From positions 1-26,511 of the IMG/VR virus record IMGVR_UViG_3300024999_000343: 26,511 bases of DNA; one strand, 5' to 3'. This DNA comes from a virus (taxonomy: Duplodnaviria; Caudoviricetes). How positions within the stretch are numbered: position 1 is the first letter of the stretch; the number at the start of each line of letters is the position of its first letter. Both the position numbers and the translations under genes were made by a program. Under the pieces are notes generated by a model. The model searched no databases. It had not been told where the DNA came from and worked only from the letters and a program-made list of their open reading frames with translations. Shown here piece by piece: positions 19,074-26,511 of this stretch.

Positions 19074-19279
19074 TCTTTATATTATTTTATTCTTTATACT
19101 ATTTTATTCTTTATACTATTTAGTTCTTTATACACTCTGGAAGTATACACATTTTGTGTTGTGTAATTTTATTATGCAGTACACATTTTGTGTTATAAAA
19201 ATTGATTCTCCTATACACATTTTGTGTTATAAAAGTCAAATATGATGATTTTCATATCACATTTTGTGTATAGGAGAAT
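19074..19279. repeat. putative replication origin: AT-rich 17-bp tandem repeats plus palindromic iterons
   Basis: TCTTTATA(C/T)TATTTTAT x3.5 at 19074-19133; CACATTTTGTGT x4 at 19148, 19182, 19216 and 19258; 15-bp inverted repeat 19205-19219/19265-19279. Confidence 0.75.
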
Positions 19280-19285
19280 TTAATT

Positions 19286-19456
19286 TTATTTTGGTGTAAT
19301 ATCCTTTAAATCTTTTTGTAATTGTTCATTGTTCACAAAATAAAATATTAAATATCTCCTATCCCTCCTATCTCTATCAATAGAATATATTCTATGTCCT
19401 TTGTCTAATAAATAATTAGCATCATTAAAATTTCTAATTACTTGTGTAGTTTTCAT
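19286..19456 (-). CDS. small DUF5659-like protein
   Basis: ANYLLDKGHRI...LIFYFVNNEQLQKDL pattern. Confidence 0.55.
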   Translation of the reverse strand: MKTTQVIRNFNDANYLLDKGHRIYSIDRDRRDRRYLIFYFVNNEQLQKDLKDITPK

Positions 19457-19480
19457 AATACCATCCCTTCTCATTATTAA

Positions 19481-19540
19481 TTTTTACTAGCATACTACTA
19501 ATCACAATTATATTAACAATTTGTAGTATGCTAGTAAAAA
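19481..19540. repeat. perfect 18-bp inverted repeat
   Basis: TTTTTACTAGCATACTAC-24 nt-GTAGTATGCTAGTAAAAA. Confidence 0.8.
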
Positions 19541-19542
19541 AT

Positions 19543-19806
19543 TTAATTTAAATACAATTGTGATTTTACAAATACCAATTCATTTTCATTGCTAAATTTT
19601 TGATGTAATATAATTCTTTGTTCTTGTGATAGCATAGAATACATAAAATCAAATTGTTTTGCATACATACTATCAATTTGTTGTCCATGTTCTATTAGTA
19701 TACGTTGCCTTTGAAATAATTTTTCAAACATTTTTAATTCTTGTTTAATTTCATCATTATTCTTGATAAGCATTTTTAAATCATTTTTCATTTTTTCATA
19801 ACTCAT
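19543..19806 (-). CDS. hypothetical helical protein
   Basis: GGAGG SD before ATG at 19806. Confidence 0.65.
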   Translation of the reverse strand: MSYEKMKNDLKMLIKNNDEIKQELKMFEKLFQRQRILIEHGQQIDSMYAKQFDFMYSMLSQEQRIILHQKFSNENELVFVKSQLYLN

Positions 19807-19915
19807 AATATCTTCCTCCAATTAGTTTTATAATTTGTTCCCTACTTACTTAGACACATAAATTTTAAAAAAGTTCCATAAAATTATTTTTATTTTTTTT
19901 CATACTTCTAAACGT

Positions 19916-19944
19916 ATTGTAACATATTCAAAATTTCATGTCAA
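19916..19944 (-). promoter_or_regulatory. sigmaA-type promoter
   Basis: TTGACA-17-TACAAT with extended TG. Confidence 0.7.
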
Positions 19945-20017
19945 GCATTTTTATATTTGTATTTTGTCACTCATATATACTTTTCATAATTAGATATATA
20001 AATTTCCATACAACTTT

Positions 20018-20046
20018 ATTGTAACATATTTTTTCCAATTTGTCAA
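20018..20046 (-). promoter_or_regulatory. sigmaA-type promoter (tandem copy)
   Basis: TTGACA-17-TACAAT; shares AATATGTTACAAT with the 19916 promoter. Confidence 0.7.
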
Positions 20047-20190
20047 TACAATTATTTTTACAATCTTAAAAATCCATCAAAAATATCAAAATTTCCAAAA
20101 ATTGACACATGCTCTAAACCCTTAATTTATAAGCATTTAGAAAAATGAAAATCATGATAAAATCTCAGTTTCATTCAAACTTTAAACACC

Positions 20191-20226
20191 AAAACAACCA
20201 AGATAATTTTCACTTGGTTGTTTTTT
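20191..20226. terminator. bidirectional-type intrinsic terminator
   Basis: AAAACAACCAAG-loop-CTTGGTTGTTTTTT. Confidence 0.7.
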
Positions 20227-20231
20227 GATTA

Positions 20232-20501
20232 TTAAATTGCATTTCCTAAAAATCCCAATATACATTCGCTACAGATTTCGACTTCATTACTATATCCTGT
20301 TGATTCTCTCACACTATAAATTGTATTTGCATAGTCACTAAGATTTAGTGATTTACCACACTTATAGCATGTAGATTTATTTCTAAACATTTGAGCATAA
20401 TCTATATCAGGTATATCAGGTATATCATCAAGAGTTAATTCAAATTCATTATCACTGACAGCGACAACAGCAACAGCAGGGAATTTATATATTTTTGCCA
20501 T
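20232..20501 (-). CDS. hypothetical zinc-finger-like protein
   Basis: CYKC...CSEC; GGAG SD before ATG at 20501. Confidence 0.6.
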   Translation of the reverse strand: MAKIYKFPAVAVVAVSDNEFELTLDDIPDIPDIDYAQMFRNKSTCYKCGKSLNLSDYANTIYSVRESTGYSNEVEICSECILGFLGNAI

Positions 20502-20502
20502 A

Positions 20503-20829
20503 TTATTTATCTCCATCTATGATTATTTTTGTACCATCATTACAAAGAAAAACAAATTGCCCACCAAAATCATCATCAGGTAAAATATTAATTTCATAAT
20601 CATTCATATATATCTGTCTAATATCATCTAACTTAATTGCAAATTGATAATCAGTTTCACCAGCTTCTTCATAGAAATGAATCGTATTATCTGCAAAATG
20701 AGCAATAGTGGCTGATTCAAAACAAGTTACTACATTTGCATATTTAGTATTCAAGTTGATACCAATACTACAACAATTAAATCTACTTTCAAATACTTCA
20801 ACAAATTCTTCAGTTGTTAATTTATTCAT
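20503..20829 (-). CDS. hypothetical protein
   Basis: 108 aa, GGAGG SD. Confidence 0.7.
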   Translation of the reverse strand: MNKLTTEEFVEVFESRFNCCSIGINLNTKYANVVTCFESATIAHFADNTIHFYEEAGETDYQFAIKLDDIRQIYMNDYEINILPDDDFGGQFVFLCNDGTKIIIDGDK

Positions 20830-20884
20830 TTATAATAACCTCCGTTTTTTGGTTTATTTTTCTTGGTATATATTTTCTATGTGT

Positions 20885-20914
20885 AGAATACCATATATTC
20901 ATCATATGTGTCAA
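20885..20914 (-). promoter_or_regulatory. sigmaA-type promoter
   Basis: TTGACA-18-TATTCT with extended TG. Confidence 0.5.
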
Positions 20915-20948
20915 TATGTTTTTTTGTGATTATGATAATTTTTTAAAC

Positions 20949-20983
20949 AAAAAAATAACCTGCTATGTAAATTAGCAAGTTAT
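20949..20983 (-). terminator. intrinsic terminator
   Basis: ATAACTTGCTA-loop-TAGCAGGTTATTTTTT. Confidence 0.7.
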
Positions 20984-21378
20984 AAATACATACTTTTCAA
21001 TTCTTCTTTAATATTATCTAATAAAGGTATTTGAAAATCTATAAGCATATTAACTAATACAGATATAACACCTTGAAATTTTAAATCTTCCGAAGGATGA
21101 TAAAATTTCACCTGATGCTTATACTCAAATTCAAAAAACTTATATATCTCTATTTTTGTTCTATCTTCTGAAATCATATAGTCACGCAAATCTGATTCAA
21201 GAACATAGTAACTTTTCCATACTTTGTGAGATTGAATTTTCTCATCTCTAAGTATTCTTCTAGTTTGTTCTTCTGATTTTTTTATAATTTTTGCAATTTC
21301 TGGTACAGTAAAAAATGTTTCAAATTTACTTCTAGTTTCTAATTCTTCTTTGCTAAGATTTATAATATGATATTTCAT
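20980..21378 (-). CDS. excisionase-like HTH DNA-binding protein
   Basis: FTVPEIAKIIKKSEEQTRRILRDEKIQSHKVWKSYYVLESDLRDYM (MerR/HTH_17-type pattern). Confidence 0.75.
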   Translation of the reverse strand: MKYHIINLSKEELETRSKFETFFTVPEIAKIIKKSEEQTRRILRDEKIQSHKVWKSYYVLESDLRDYMISEDRTKIEIYKFFEFEYKHQVKFYHPSEDLKFQGVISVLVNMLIDFQIPLLDNIKEELKSMYL

Positions 21379-21416
21379 TTACTATCATCACCTTTTAAAA
21401 TTTTATTAATATAATA

Positions 21417-21445
21417 ATAATACACTATGTTTTTATATTTGTCAA
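21417..21445 (-). promoter_or_regulatory. sigmaA-type promoter
   Basis: TTGACA-17-TATTAT; a second candidate TTGCAT-18-TATAAT lies at 21474-21503. Confidence 0.55.
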
Positions 21446-21550
21446 TAAGTATTTTGTGTAGTATTAAAATTTCATTATATCATATTTTGGCGAATTTATG
21501 CAATAAAAAAACTACATAAAAATAAATGTAGTTTAATAGAAGGAAGTATA

Positions 21551-21579
21551 TTGTTTATAACAAAAAGTAATGTTAAAAT
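21551..21579 (+). promoter_or_regulatory. sigmaA-type promoter for the HTH gene leader
   Basis: TTGTTT-17-TAAAAT with extended TG. Confidence 0.5.
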
Positions 21580-21591
21580 TATTGCTAATTA

Positions 21592-21677
21592 AATGCAAAA
21601 GCCACCTCACTTCCCTGCAAAAGAATTAGGTGACTTTATCCTCAGTAGATGTTTTCATCTACCTGCTTTGCTTTTGT
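21592..21677 (-). ncRNA. candidate antisense (counter-transcribed) small RNA
   Basis: Promoter at 21684-21711; hairpin GTAGATG-AAAA-CATCTAC; final stem AAAGTCACCT...AGGTGGCTTTT, which pairs fully (G-U) only on the minus strand. Confidence 0.5.
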
Positions 21678-21683
21678 CTTTTT

Positions 21684-21711
21684 ATTATAGCAAAAACAGA
21701 TAGCTTGTCAA
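21684..21711 (-). promoter_or_regulatory. sigmaA-type promoter
   Basis: TTGACA-16-TATAAT with extended TG. Confidence 0.65.
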
Positions 21712-21759
21712 TACCTCTACTTTTATTATATATAAAAATTATTTTTGGAGGTATTTACA

Positions 21760-22440
21760 ATGGGACAAGCTATGAAAAAGCTAGAAAATATCTATGAAAA
21801 TCATAGAAATTCTATAGAAATTCCACACGTATATAATAATCAAGATAATGATGATTATGATTATTTAAAGATTATTAAAGCTAAAAGTAATGCTTTAAAG
21901 TTATATTTAACTAGAAACAATATAGAAAACATAGAAGAGGTGAATGATGTGACTTTGCATCTTGTTGAAAAAGTAGAAAACAAATTTCTTTCTATAGAAG
22001 AAGCATCTAAATATCTAAATTGTAATCCAAGAACAATAAGAAACCGCATAAATAAAGATGGTATGCCTTATGTTATGGATGGAAATAAGAAATTAGTTTC
22101 TATAGAAAACCTTGATTTATGGAAAAATGGTAAGCCTGACAGTATAGAAAATACTATAGAAACTGTGGATAACTCTAATGTAGAAGAATATATTCCTATG
22201 CCTATAGAAAATTATGTTACAAAGGATGAATTAAATTCTTATACTTTAGCTTTAAAAGATTTTACCGAAGCTATTAATTTGATTCGTGAAGAGGTGTCGG
22301 AAATAAAGACAGCTCAAATTGCAATTCAAGAAGAAAAACTATTAGAACGTATTAAAGAATTAAATGAAAAACTAGAAGAAATAAAACAAAAGAAAATTCC
22401 ATTCTATAAAAAATGGAAAAAATTACTATTCAAAAATTAA
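21760..22440 (+). CDS. HTH_17-type DNA-binding protein with C-terminal coiled coil
   Basis: LSIEEASKYLNCNPRTIRNRINKDG; C-terminal KIPFYKKWKKLLF; GGAGG SD before ATG at 21760. Confidence 0.75.
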   Translation: MGQAMKKLENIYENHRNSIEIPHVYNNQDNDDYDYLKIIKAKSNALKLYLTRNNIENIEEVNDVTLHLVEKVENKFLSIEEASKYLNCNPRTIRNRINKDGMPYVMDGNKKLVSIENLDLWKNGKPDSIENTIETVDNSNVEEYIPMPIENYVTKDELNSYTLALKDFTEAINLIREEVSEIKTAQIAIQEEKLLERIKELNEKLEEIKQKKIPFYKKWKKLLFKN

Positions 22441-22495
22441 TTCTATTATTTTTCGACACGACATAGAATTAAACATACAAAAAAACAGAAGGGAA

Positions 22496-22762
22496 GTGAT
22501 ACAAATTAGTAGATATAACTTTCATCTTAATGAAGAATATGATAATGATATTATTGAATTTATTAAGAATCATAAGAATCAATCAAGAATAATTAGAGAT
22601 ATGTTACGCCTTGCATATCAAGCTATGAAGTCAATTCCTACACCAATTCCTACACCAAAAACACATACTAAAATTGATACGCAAAAAACACATACGCCTA
22701 TTGTCCCTGAAAAAAAGAAGCCTCCCAATGATAAAATCAAATGGAAGATTCCTGTCAATTAA
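22496..22762 (+). CDS. ribbon-helix-helix-like (ParR/StbB-like) protein
   Basis: RYNFHLNEEYDNDIIEFIK...QSRIIRDMLR beta-alpha-alpha pattern, then a P/T/K-rich tail. Start uncertain (GTG 22496 or ATT 22505). Confidence 0.5.
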   Translation: MIQISRYNFHLNEEYDNDIIEFIKNHKNQSRIIRDMLRLAYQAMKSIPTPIPTPKTHTKIDTQKTHTPIVPEKKKPPNDKIKWKIPVN

Positions 22763-22865
22763 TATTTTATTTTTCCATAAATTACAATTTAATATTGGTA
22801 TATTTCTGCCTTTACCCAGCATATATTTTATATTATAAAATAACATTAGATTTTTTCTACTCTCT

Positions 22866-22894
22866 GGCAGGATAAACACTATCTTGCTTTTTTT
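22866..22894 (+). terminator. intrinsic terminator
   Basis: GGCAGGATA-AACAC-TATCTTGCT-TTTTTT. Confidence 0.7.
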
Positions 22895-22897
22895 ATG

Positions 22898-22963
22898 CTA
22901 ATAAACACCTAAAATTCTAGCTACTGTATCAATTAAAGCTATTCCTGCTAAAAATAATGGCAT
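22898..22963 (-). CDS. 21-aa hydrophobic peptide
   Basis: AGGAGG 8 nt before ATG; MPLFLAGIALIDTVARILGVY*. Confidence 0.6.
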   Translation of the reverse strand: MPLFLAGIALIDTVARILGVY

Positions 22964-22996
22964 GTTCATTACCTCCTGTTGTTTTATTGATGATGT

Positions 22997-23026
22997 TATT
23001 ATGCTCCGTACCGATTTAAATTATTC
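22997..23026 (-). promoter_or_regulatory. sigmaG-type (forespore) promoter
   Basis: GAATA-18-CATAATA matches the B. subtilis sigmaG consensus GHATA-N17/18-CATAHTA. Confidence 0.6.
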
Positions 23027-23142
23027 ACAAAGAAGGTGTAAATTTATGGATTTTTTAAACCATATTTTTAACTATGGTGAATTAATTTGTGTTTTATCTC
23101 TTATCTATTTCATATATAAAAAAATTAAGTAGGAGTGATACA

Positions 23143-23445
23143 ATGAAAAAAATTATAACTTCTACTATATTTATATCATCTATATTTATATTTCCTTCAA
23201 TGGGATTTTGCTATAATAATGAATTAAGTACAGCTTTTAATAATGGTATTATGCCAATTTTAATAGATATTGGAAAAGTAATATTCTCCTGTTCTGTTGT
23301 ATATGGAAGTTATTACATTATGAGGAAACAATATGTAGTAGGAATAGACAGTATAAAATGGGCAGCTATAGGATTTATTTCTCTTAGGTTATGTCAAGGA
23401 TTTACTAATTTAGTTGACAGTATTGCTAATGGATTGAAATTTTAG
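23143..23445 (+). CDS. membrane protein with TrbC/VirB2 pilin-like topology
   Basis: AGGAGTGA SD; N-terminal signal-like segment plus two hydrophobic helices separated by 'MRKQYVVGIDSIKWAAIG'. Confidence 0.55.
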   Translation: MKKIITSTIFISSIFIFPSMGFCYNNELSTAFNNGIMPILIDIGKVIFSCSVVYGSYYIMRKQYVVGIDSIKWAAIGFISLRLCQGFTNLVDSIANGLKF

Positions 23446-23456
23446 GAAGTGATAAT

Positions 23457-23681
23457 ATGCTAGTTGAAATTAGTGATTATCTTTCAGGAAAAATTTATGA
23501 TTTAATACTACCTAAATTTTCATTTATTACAATTTTTGATGTTGGTTGTTGTATCTGTCTTTGTGTGACAGTATTATCTTGCTATATGGTCATTATGAAT
23601 AGAAAGAAATATGCTAATTATCTATATTACTCTTGTATGTTTTATACTATCTTCAGATTAATGTCAGTTATATTTGTCTAG
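23457..23681 (+). CDS. small two-TM membrane protein
   Basis: 74 aa, two hydrophobic segments around NRKK. Confidence 0.65.
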   Translation: MLVEISDYLSGKIYDLILPKFSFITIFDVGCCICLCVTVLSCYMVIMNRKKYANYLYYSCMFYTIFRLMSVIFV

Positions 23682-23684
23682 GAG

Positions 23685-25973
23685 GTGATACCATTTTTTA
23701 AAATAGAATCATCTAATTATTCCCACATTCAGATTATACCAGATATTTCAGTTGAAAATGGATTGAAGAATATAAAACTTATTCAGTCCATTTATTCTAC
23801 TATATATAAAGATTTATTTAGCAGAATTAGTTTTAAAAATGGAAAAATTATTTATACTAAAAAACAATATATTTCTTATTATATAGTATTTACTAATAAT
23901 AAAATATCTTTTCACATGTGCTTACCTTCCGAAACAATTGATTTTATTTCAAATAGATATATACAAACATTTCCAAACATAACAATATTATCTTCAAATA
24001 ATCCTTTGGATATTTTAAATTTAAATAGGACAACGCAATTTAACCTTATCCAAAAAGAAGAAAATTTCAAGTCATTGAATTGTGATATGCGAAGCGAAAA
24101 TCCAATTCCTGCTCTCTTATCTATTTCTAAAGACATTAAAGAAAATGACATTGTTATATTTGAAATTAATTTGTCTACATTGGATGAATTTGCAAAAGAA
24201 TTATTAGAGAATCAGAAACTAAAATATGTTAAATCTACCAATAAATTTCCTAATAAAACTATCGTAGATAAAATATTTTCTATAATACCAATTACATTAG
24301 ATGTTATATTTGCAATTTTTGATATACTGTTTTCTATGAAAAATAATGATGATAGTATATCAAAAAAACCATCTTTTTCTAGTTATACTAATCAGAAAAT
24401 TACTTATGATTTATTTGATGCAATGATTAGAGTATTTGTTCAATCAAATGATTTAGTCAAACAAGAACAAATTGGTAAATCAATTGAAGTTTGTCTTAGA
24501 GATATTTCAGGTGATAATGAATTAATGATAGGCAAAAAATTACAACCAAAAAATACTAAAGTAAAATTTAACTATGTTAAAAATATATATTCAGCTAAAG
24601 AAATCGCTGTATTCATGCAATTGCCTACTAGATATTATCAACAGGAATATTCAATTATTGAAAGTATTGATACTAAAGAAATGAATTTACCGAAACAATT
24701 ATTTGAAAATGGAATACCAATTGGTGAAGTAAAGTATAAAGGTGTCGTGAAAACTGCATCTTGGAATATAAAGGATAAAGATGTTACTTCACTTCCATTG
24801 GCAATTTTTGGGATGCAAGGTGCAGGGAAAAGTGAATATATAACAAACTATGCTATTTCATGTGTAGAAAATAATCAAAGTCTATTTGTTTTAGATGGGA
24901 TAAAGAATTGTGAGTTGTCAGAAAATATAATAAATAATTTACCTGAAAATTTTAACAAAATATGTATATTAGATTTTTCTGATACAGATTATATTTTTGG
25001 ATTAAATTGGGATGAAATTAAGAATAGCAAGATTGACAATAAAAGTAAGATGTATATATCAAATCAGATTACACAACAATTGATATTGTTTCTTGATTCT
25101 CTTGTTGATGATAATGTACAAAAATTAAGTCCAAGAATGAAAAGATTTCTTACTTCTGCTGGTTTGCTAGTTTTCAGTTTGCCTAATACTACTATATTAG
25201 ATGTATTGAATTGCCTTATTGACATTGATAAAAGACATAAATTCATAAAACAATCAAAATTAACTAAGAATAGTAAGATTGTTCAAGACTTAAATATGCT
25301 AGATAAAAATGGTGATACGAATATTCCAGATGTGAAAGGTATTATTGATAGGTTAGATTTACTTTTAGGTGATTATCTATTATCAAATTTGTTTTCTATG
25401 CAAGCAAATAAAAATATTAATTTTAAATATTTTGCAGAAAATGGATATGTTGTTGTTTGTAAAATGCCACAAGTGAATATGTCAGATAAAACAATTGATA
25501 GTATTATGACATTTTTAATTTCAAAGATATGGTTATCTCATTTGACTAAAATAAATAATGATATAATAAGCAATGTAATAATAGATGAAATTCATAGGTA
25601 TCCTACAGCTAGAAAATTGCTTGACAATATAAGGGAAATGAGAAAATATGGATTAAAATATGTTTTTTCTGCACATAAACCAAGTGATTTTAAAGATTTA
25701 CTTATAACTCTTAAATCTGCTGGAAGTAGTTATATGTTATTTAATACCAGTAAAGAGAATTTGAAATTGTTTGAGGAAGAATTAAATCCTTTTTCGATTG
25801 AAGAATGTATGAATACTAAAAAATATCATGCTAAATGTATTGTAAATTATGATAAGCAATACTGTGTATTTGATGCAAAAATAATACCTCCAATATTAAA
25901 GAAAAGTATAGATAGAAGTTACATTTATAAAGAATGTCAGAAAAAATATGGTGTTAAAAATAACTCTTTTTAG
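23685..25973 (+). CDS. FtsK/HerA-superfamily (VirD4/VirB4-like) P-loop ATPase
   Basis: Walker A GMQGAGKS, VLDG, Walker B IIDEIH, EMRKYG, FSAH; hydrophobic segment around aa 197-217. Confidence 0.8.
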   Translation: MIPFFKIESSNYSHIQIIPDISVENGLKNIKLIQSIYSTIYKDLFSRISFKNGKIIYTKKQYISYYIVFTNNKISFHMCLPSETIDFISNRYIQTFPNITILSSNNPLDILNLNRTTQFNLIQKEENFKSLNCDMRSENPIPALLSISKDIKENDIVIFEINLSTLDEFAKELLENQKLKYVKSTNKFPNKTIVDKIFSIIPITLDVIFAIFDILFSMKNNDDSISKKPSFSSYTNQKITYDLFDAMIRVFVQSNDLVKQEQIGKSIEVCLRDISGDNELMIGKKLQPKNTKVKFNYVKNIYSAKEIAVFMQLPTRYYQQEYSIIESIDTKEMNLPKQLFENGIPIGEVKYKGVVKTASWNIKDKDVTSLPLAIFGMQGAGKSEYITNYAISCVENNQSLFVLDGIKNCELSENIINNLPENFNKICILDFSDTDYIFGLNWDEIKNSKIDNKSKMYISNQITQQLILFLDSLVDDNVQKLSPRMKRFLTSAGLLVFSLPNTTILDVLNCLIDIDKRHKFIKQSKLTKNSKIVQDLNMLDKNGDTNIPDVKGIIDRLDLLLGDYLLSNLFSMQANKNINFKYFAENGYVVVCKMPQVNMSDKTIDSIMTFLISKIWLSHLTKINNDIISNVIIDEIHRYPTARKLLDNIREMRKYGLKYVFSAHKPSDFKDLLITLKSAGSSYMLFNTSKENLKLFEEELNPFSIEECMNTKKYHAKCIVNYDKQYCVFDAKIIPPILKKSIDRSYIYKECQKKYGVKNNSF

Positions 25974-25986
25974 GGTTATTTTTTTT
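25956..25986. terminator. bidirectional intrinsic terminator between convergent genes
   Basis: AAAAATAACTCT-TTTT-AGGGTTATTTTTT. Confidence 0.7.
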
Positions 25987-26007
25987 ATAACTTCTATCAT
26001 TATTAAT

Positions 26008-26400
26008 CTACTTCACTAAAAATTCCTTCGCTTTTTCAGTAATAATATTTTCTACTTCTTTAACTACTTTTGCTTTTGTATCAGATACTTTTGCTTCAAC
26101 ATAACTTCTTATCATATTTTCATCAATAGGAAGTTTCTTGCTTTTAAAAATTTCTGCAATAGTATTTACAGCACTTTCTTTTTTCATATTATTTGACATA
26201 TCAGAGAATTCTTGATTAATTGCTTTTATTACATTTTCAATAATAGTTTCTTTTAATTTATTTTGTTCAGTAGAAGTTTGAATATTAATTAAATCTTTCT
26301 TACTATTGATAAAAGTAACTATTGCTTTCCCTGCAAATGCTATAAATGCTGAAATTATAGTAGCTACTGCTAATGCTAATTGACTATAAATATCTTCCAT
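26008..26400 (-). CDS. phage holin (LL-H-like)
   Basis: Single N-terminal TM, then 'VIKAINQ...KKESA...IRSYVEAKV' pattern. Confidence 0.72.
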   Translation of the reverse strand: MEDIYSQLALAVATIISAFIAFAGKAIVTFINSKKDLINIQTSTEQNKLKETIIENVIKAINQEFSDMSNNMKKESAVNTIAEIFKSKKLPIDENMIRSYVEAKVSDTKAKVVKEVENIITEKAKEFLVK

Positions 26401-26424
26401 AATAACATCTCTCCTATTTTAAAT

Positions 26425-26511
26425 TTATTGTACGTCAAATGATACTCCCATATCTCGTAATTTTTGGAATAGATATTCACATAATTCATAATTCTTTTCT
26501 TTTTTAGATTT
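26425..26511 (-). CDS. C-terminus of a gene upstream of the holin (partial)
   Basis: Open frame KSKKEKNYELCEYLFQKLRDMGVSFDVQ*. Confidence 0.45.
   Translation of the reverse strand, partial: KSKKEKNYELCEYLFQKLRDMGVSFDVQ

Noticed and set aside
19074-19279. Possible CRISPR array
   Set aside because: Repeats are only 12-17 bp, the spacers are short and partly repetitive, and there are no cas genes; an origin fits better
20402-20428. 9-bp tandem repeat encoding DIPDIPDI
   Set aside because: Short in-frame slippage repeat with no evidence of function
9133-20929. Plus-strand ORFs at 9133, 11125, 13237, 14324, 15341, 16127, 17153 and 20708
   Set aside because: They overlap minus-strand genes and have the F/L/I/S-rich composition expected of reverse-complement frames
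22454-22482. SigmaK/sigmaE promoter before the RHH-like gene (CATACAAAA)
   Set aside because: The -10 match is incomplete and too weak to call in AT-rich DNA
21861-25246. Minus-strand ORFs at 21861, 22631, 23912 and 25064
   Set aside because: Antisense to supported plus-strand genes; the 22631 ORF starts inside a terminator
1-26511. Stop-codon reassignment
   Set aside because: Long genes read intact in the standard code, and TAA, TAG and TGA all end genes at sensible positions

Overview
About 26.5 kb of a very AT-rich tailed phage genome from a low-GC Firmicute, probably a spore former. Reading right to left on the minus strand there is an early/regulatory region with many sigmaA-type promoters, an iteron-plus-AT-rich putative origin next to a possible initiator, and an 878-aa YonO/RdRP-like single-subunit RNA polymerase (DGEG, RNPH, DLDSD motifs). 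These are followed by RuvC-like and PD-(D/E)XK nucleases, many small ORFs, and the head module (TerS, TerL, portal, scaffold, major capsid, decoration/fibre proteins). On the plus strand there are an HTH protein, an RHH-like protein and a three-gene cassette (pilin-like protein, small membrane protein, P-loop ATPase) that converges on a holin. No integrase is visible between the lysis and early regions, and a near-consensus Firmicutes dif site lies between terS and terL, so the element looks like a circular phage-plasmid. Other notable points are apparent ATA start codons for TerL, portal and RuvC, a sigmaG-consensus promoter driving a 21-aa peptide, and a candidate antisense RNA. All protein calls come from motif recognition and gene order; no database searches were run.
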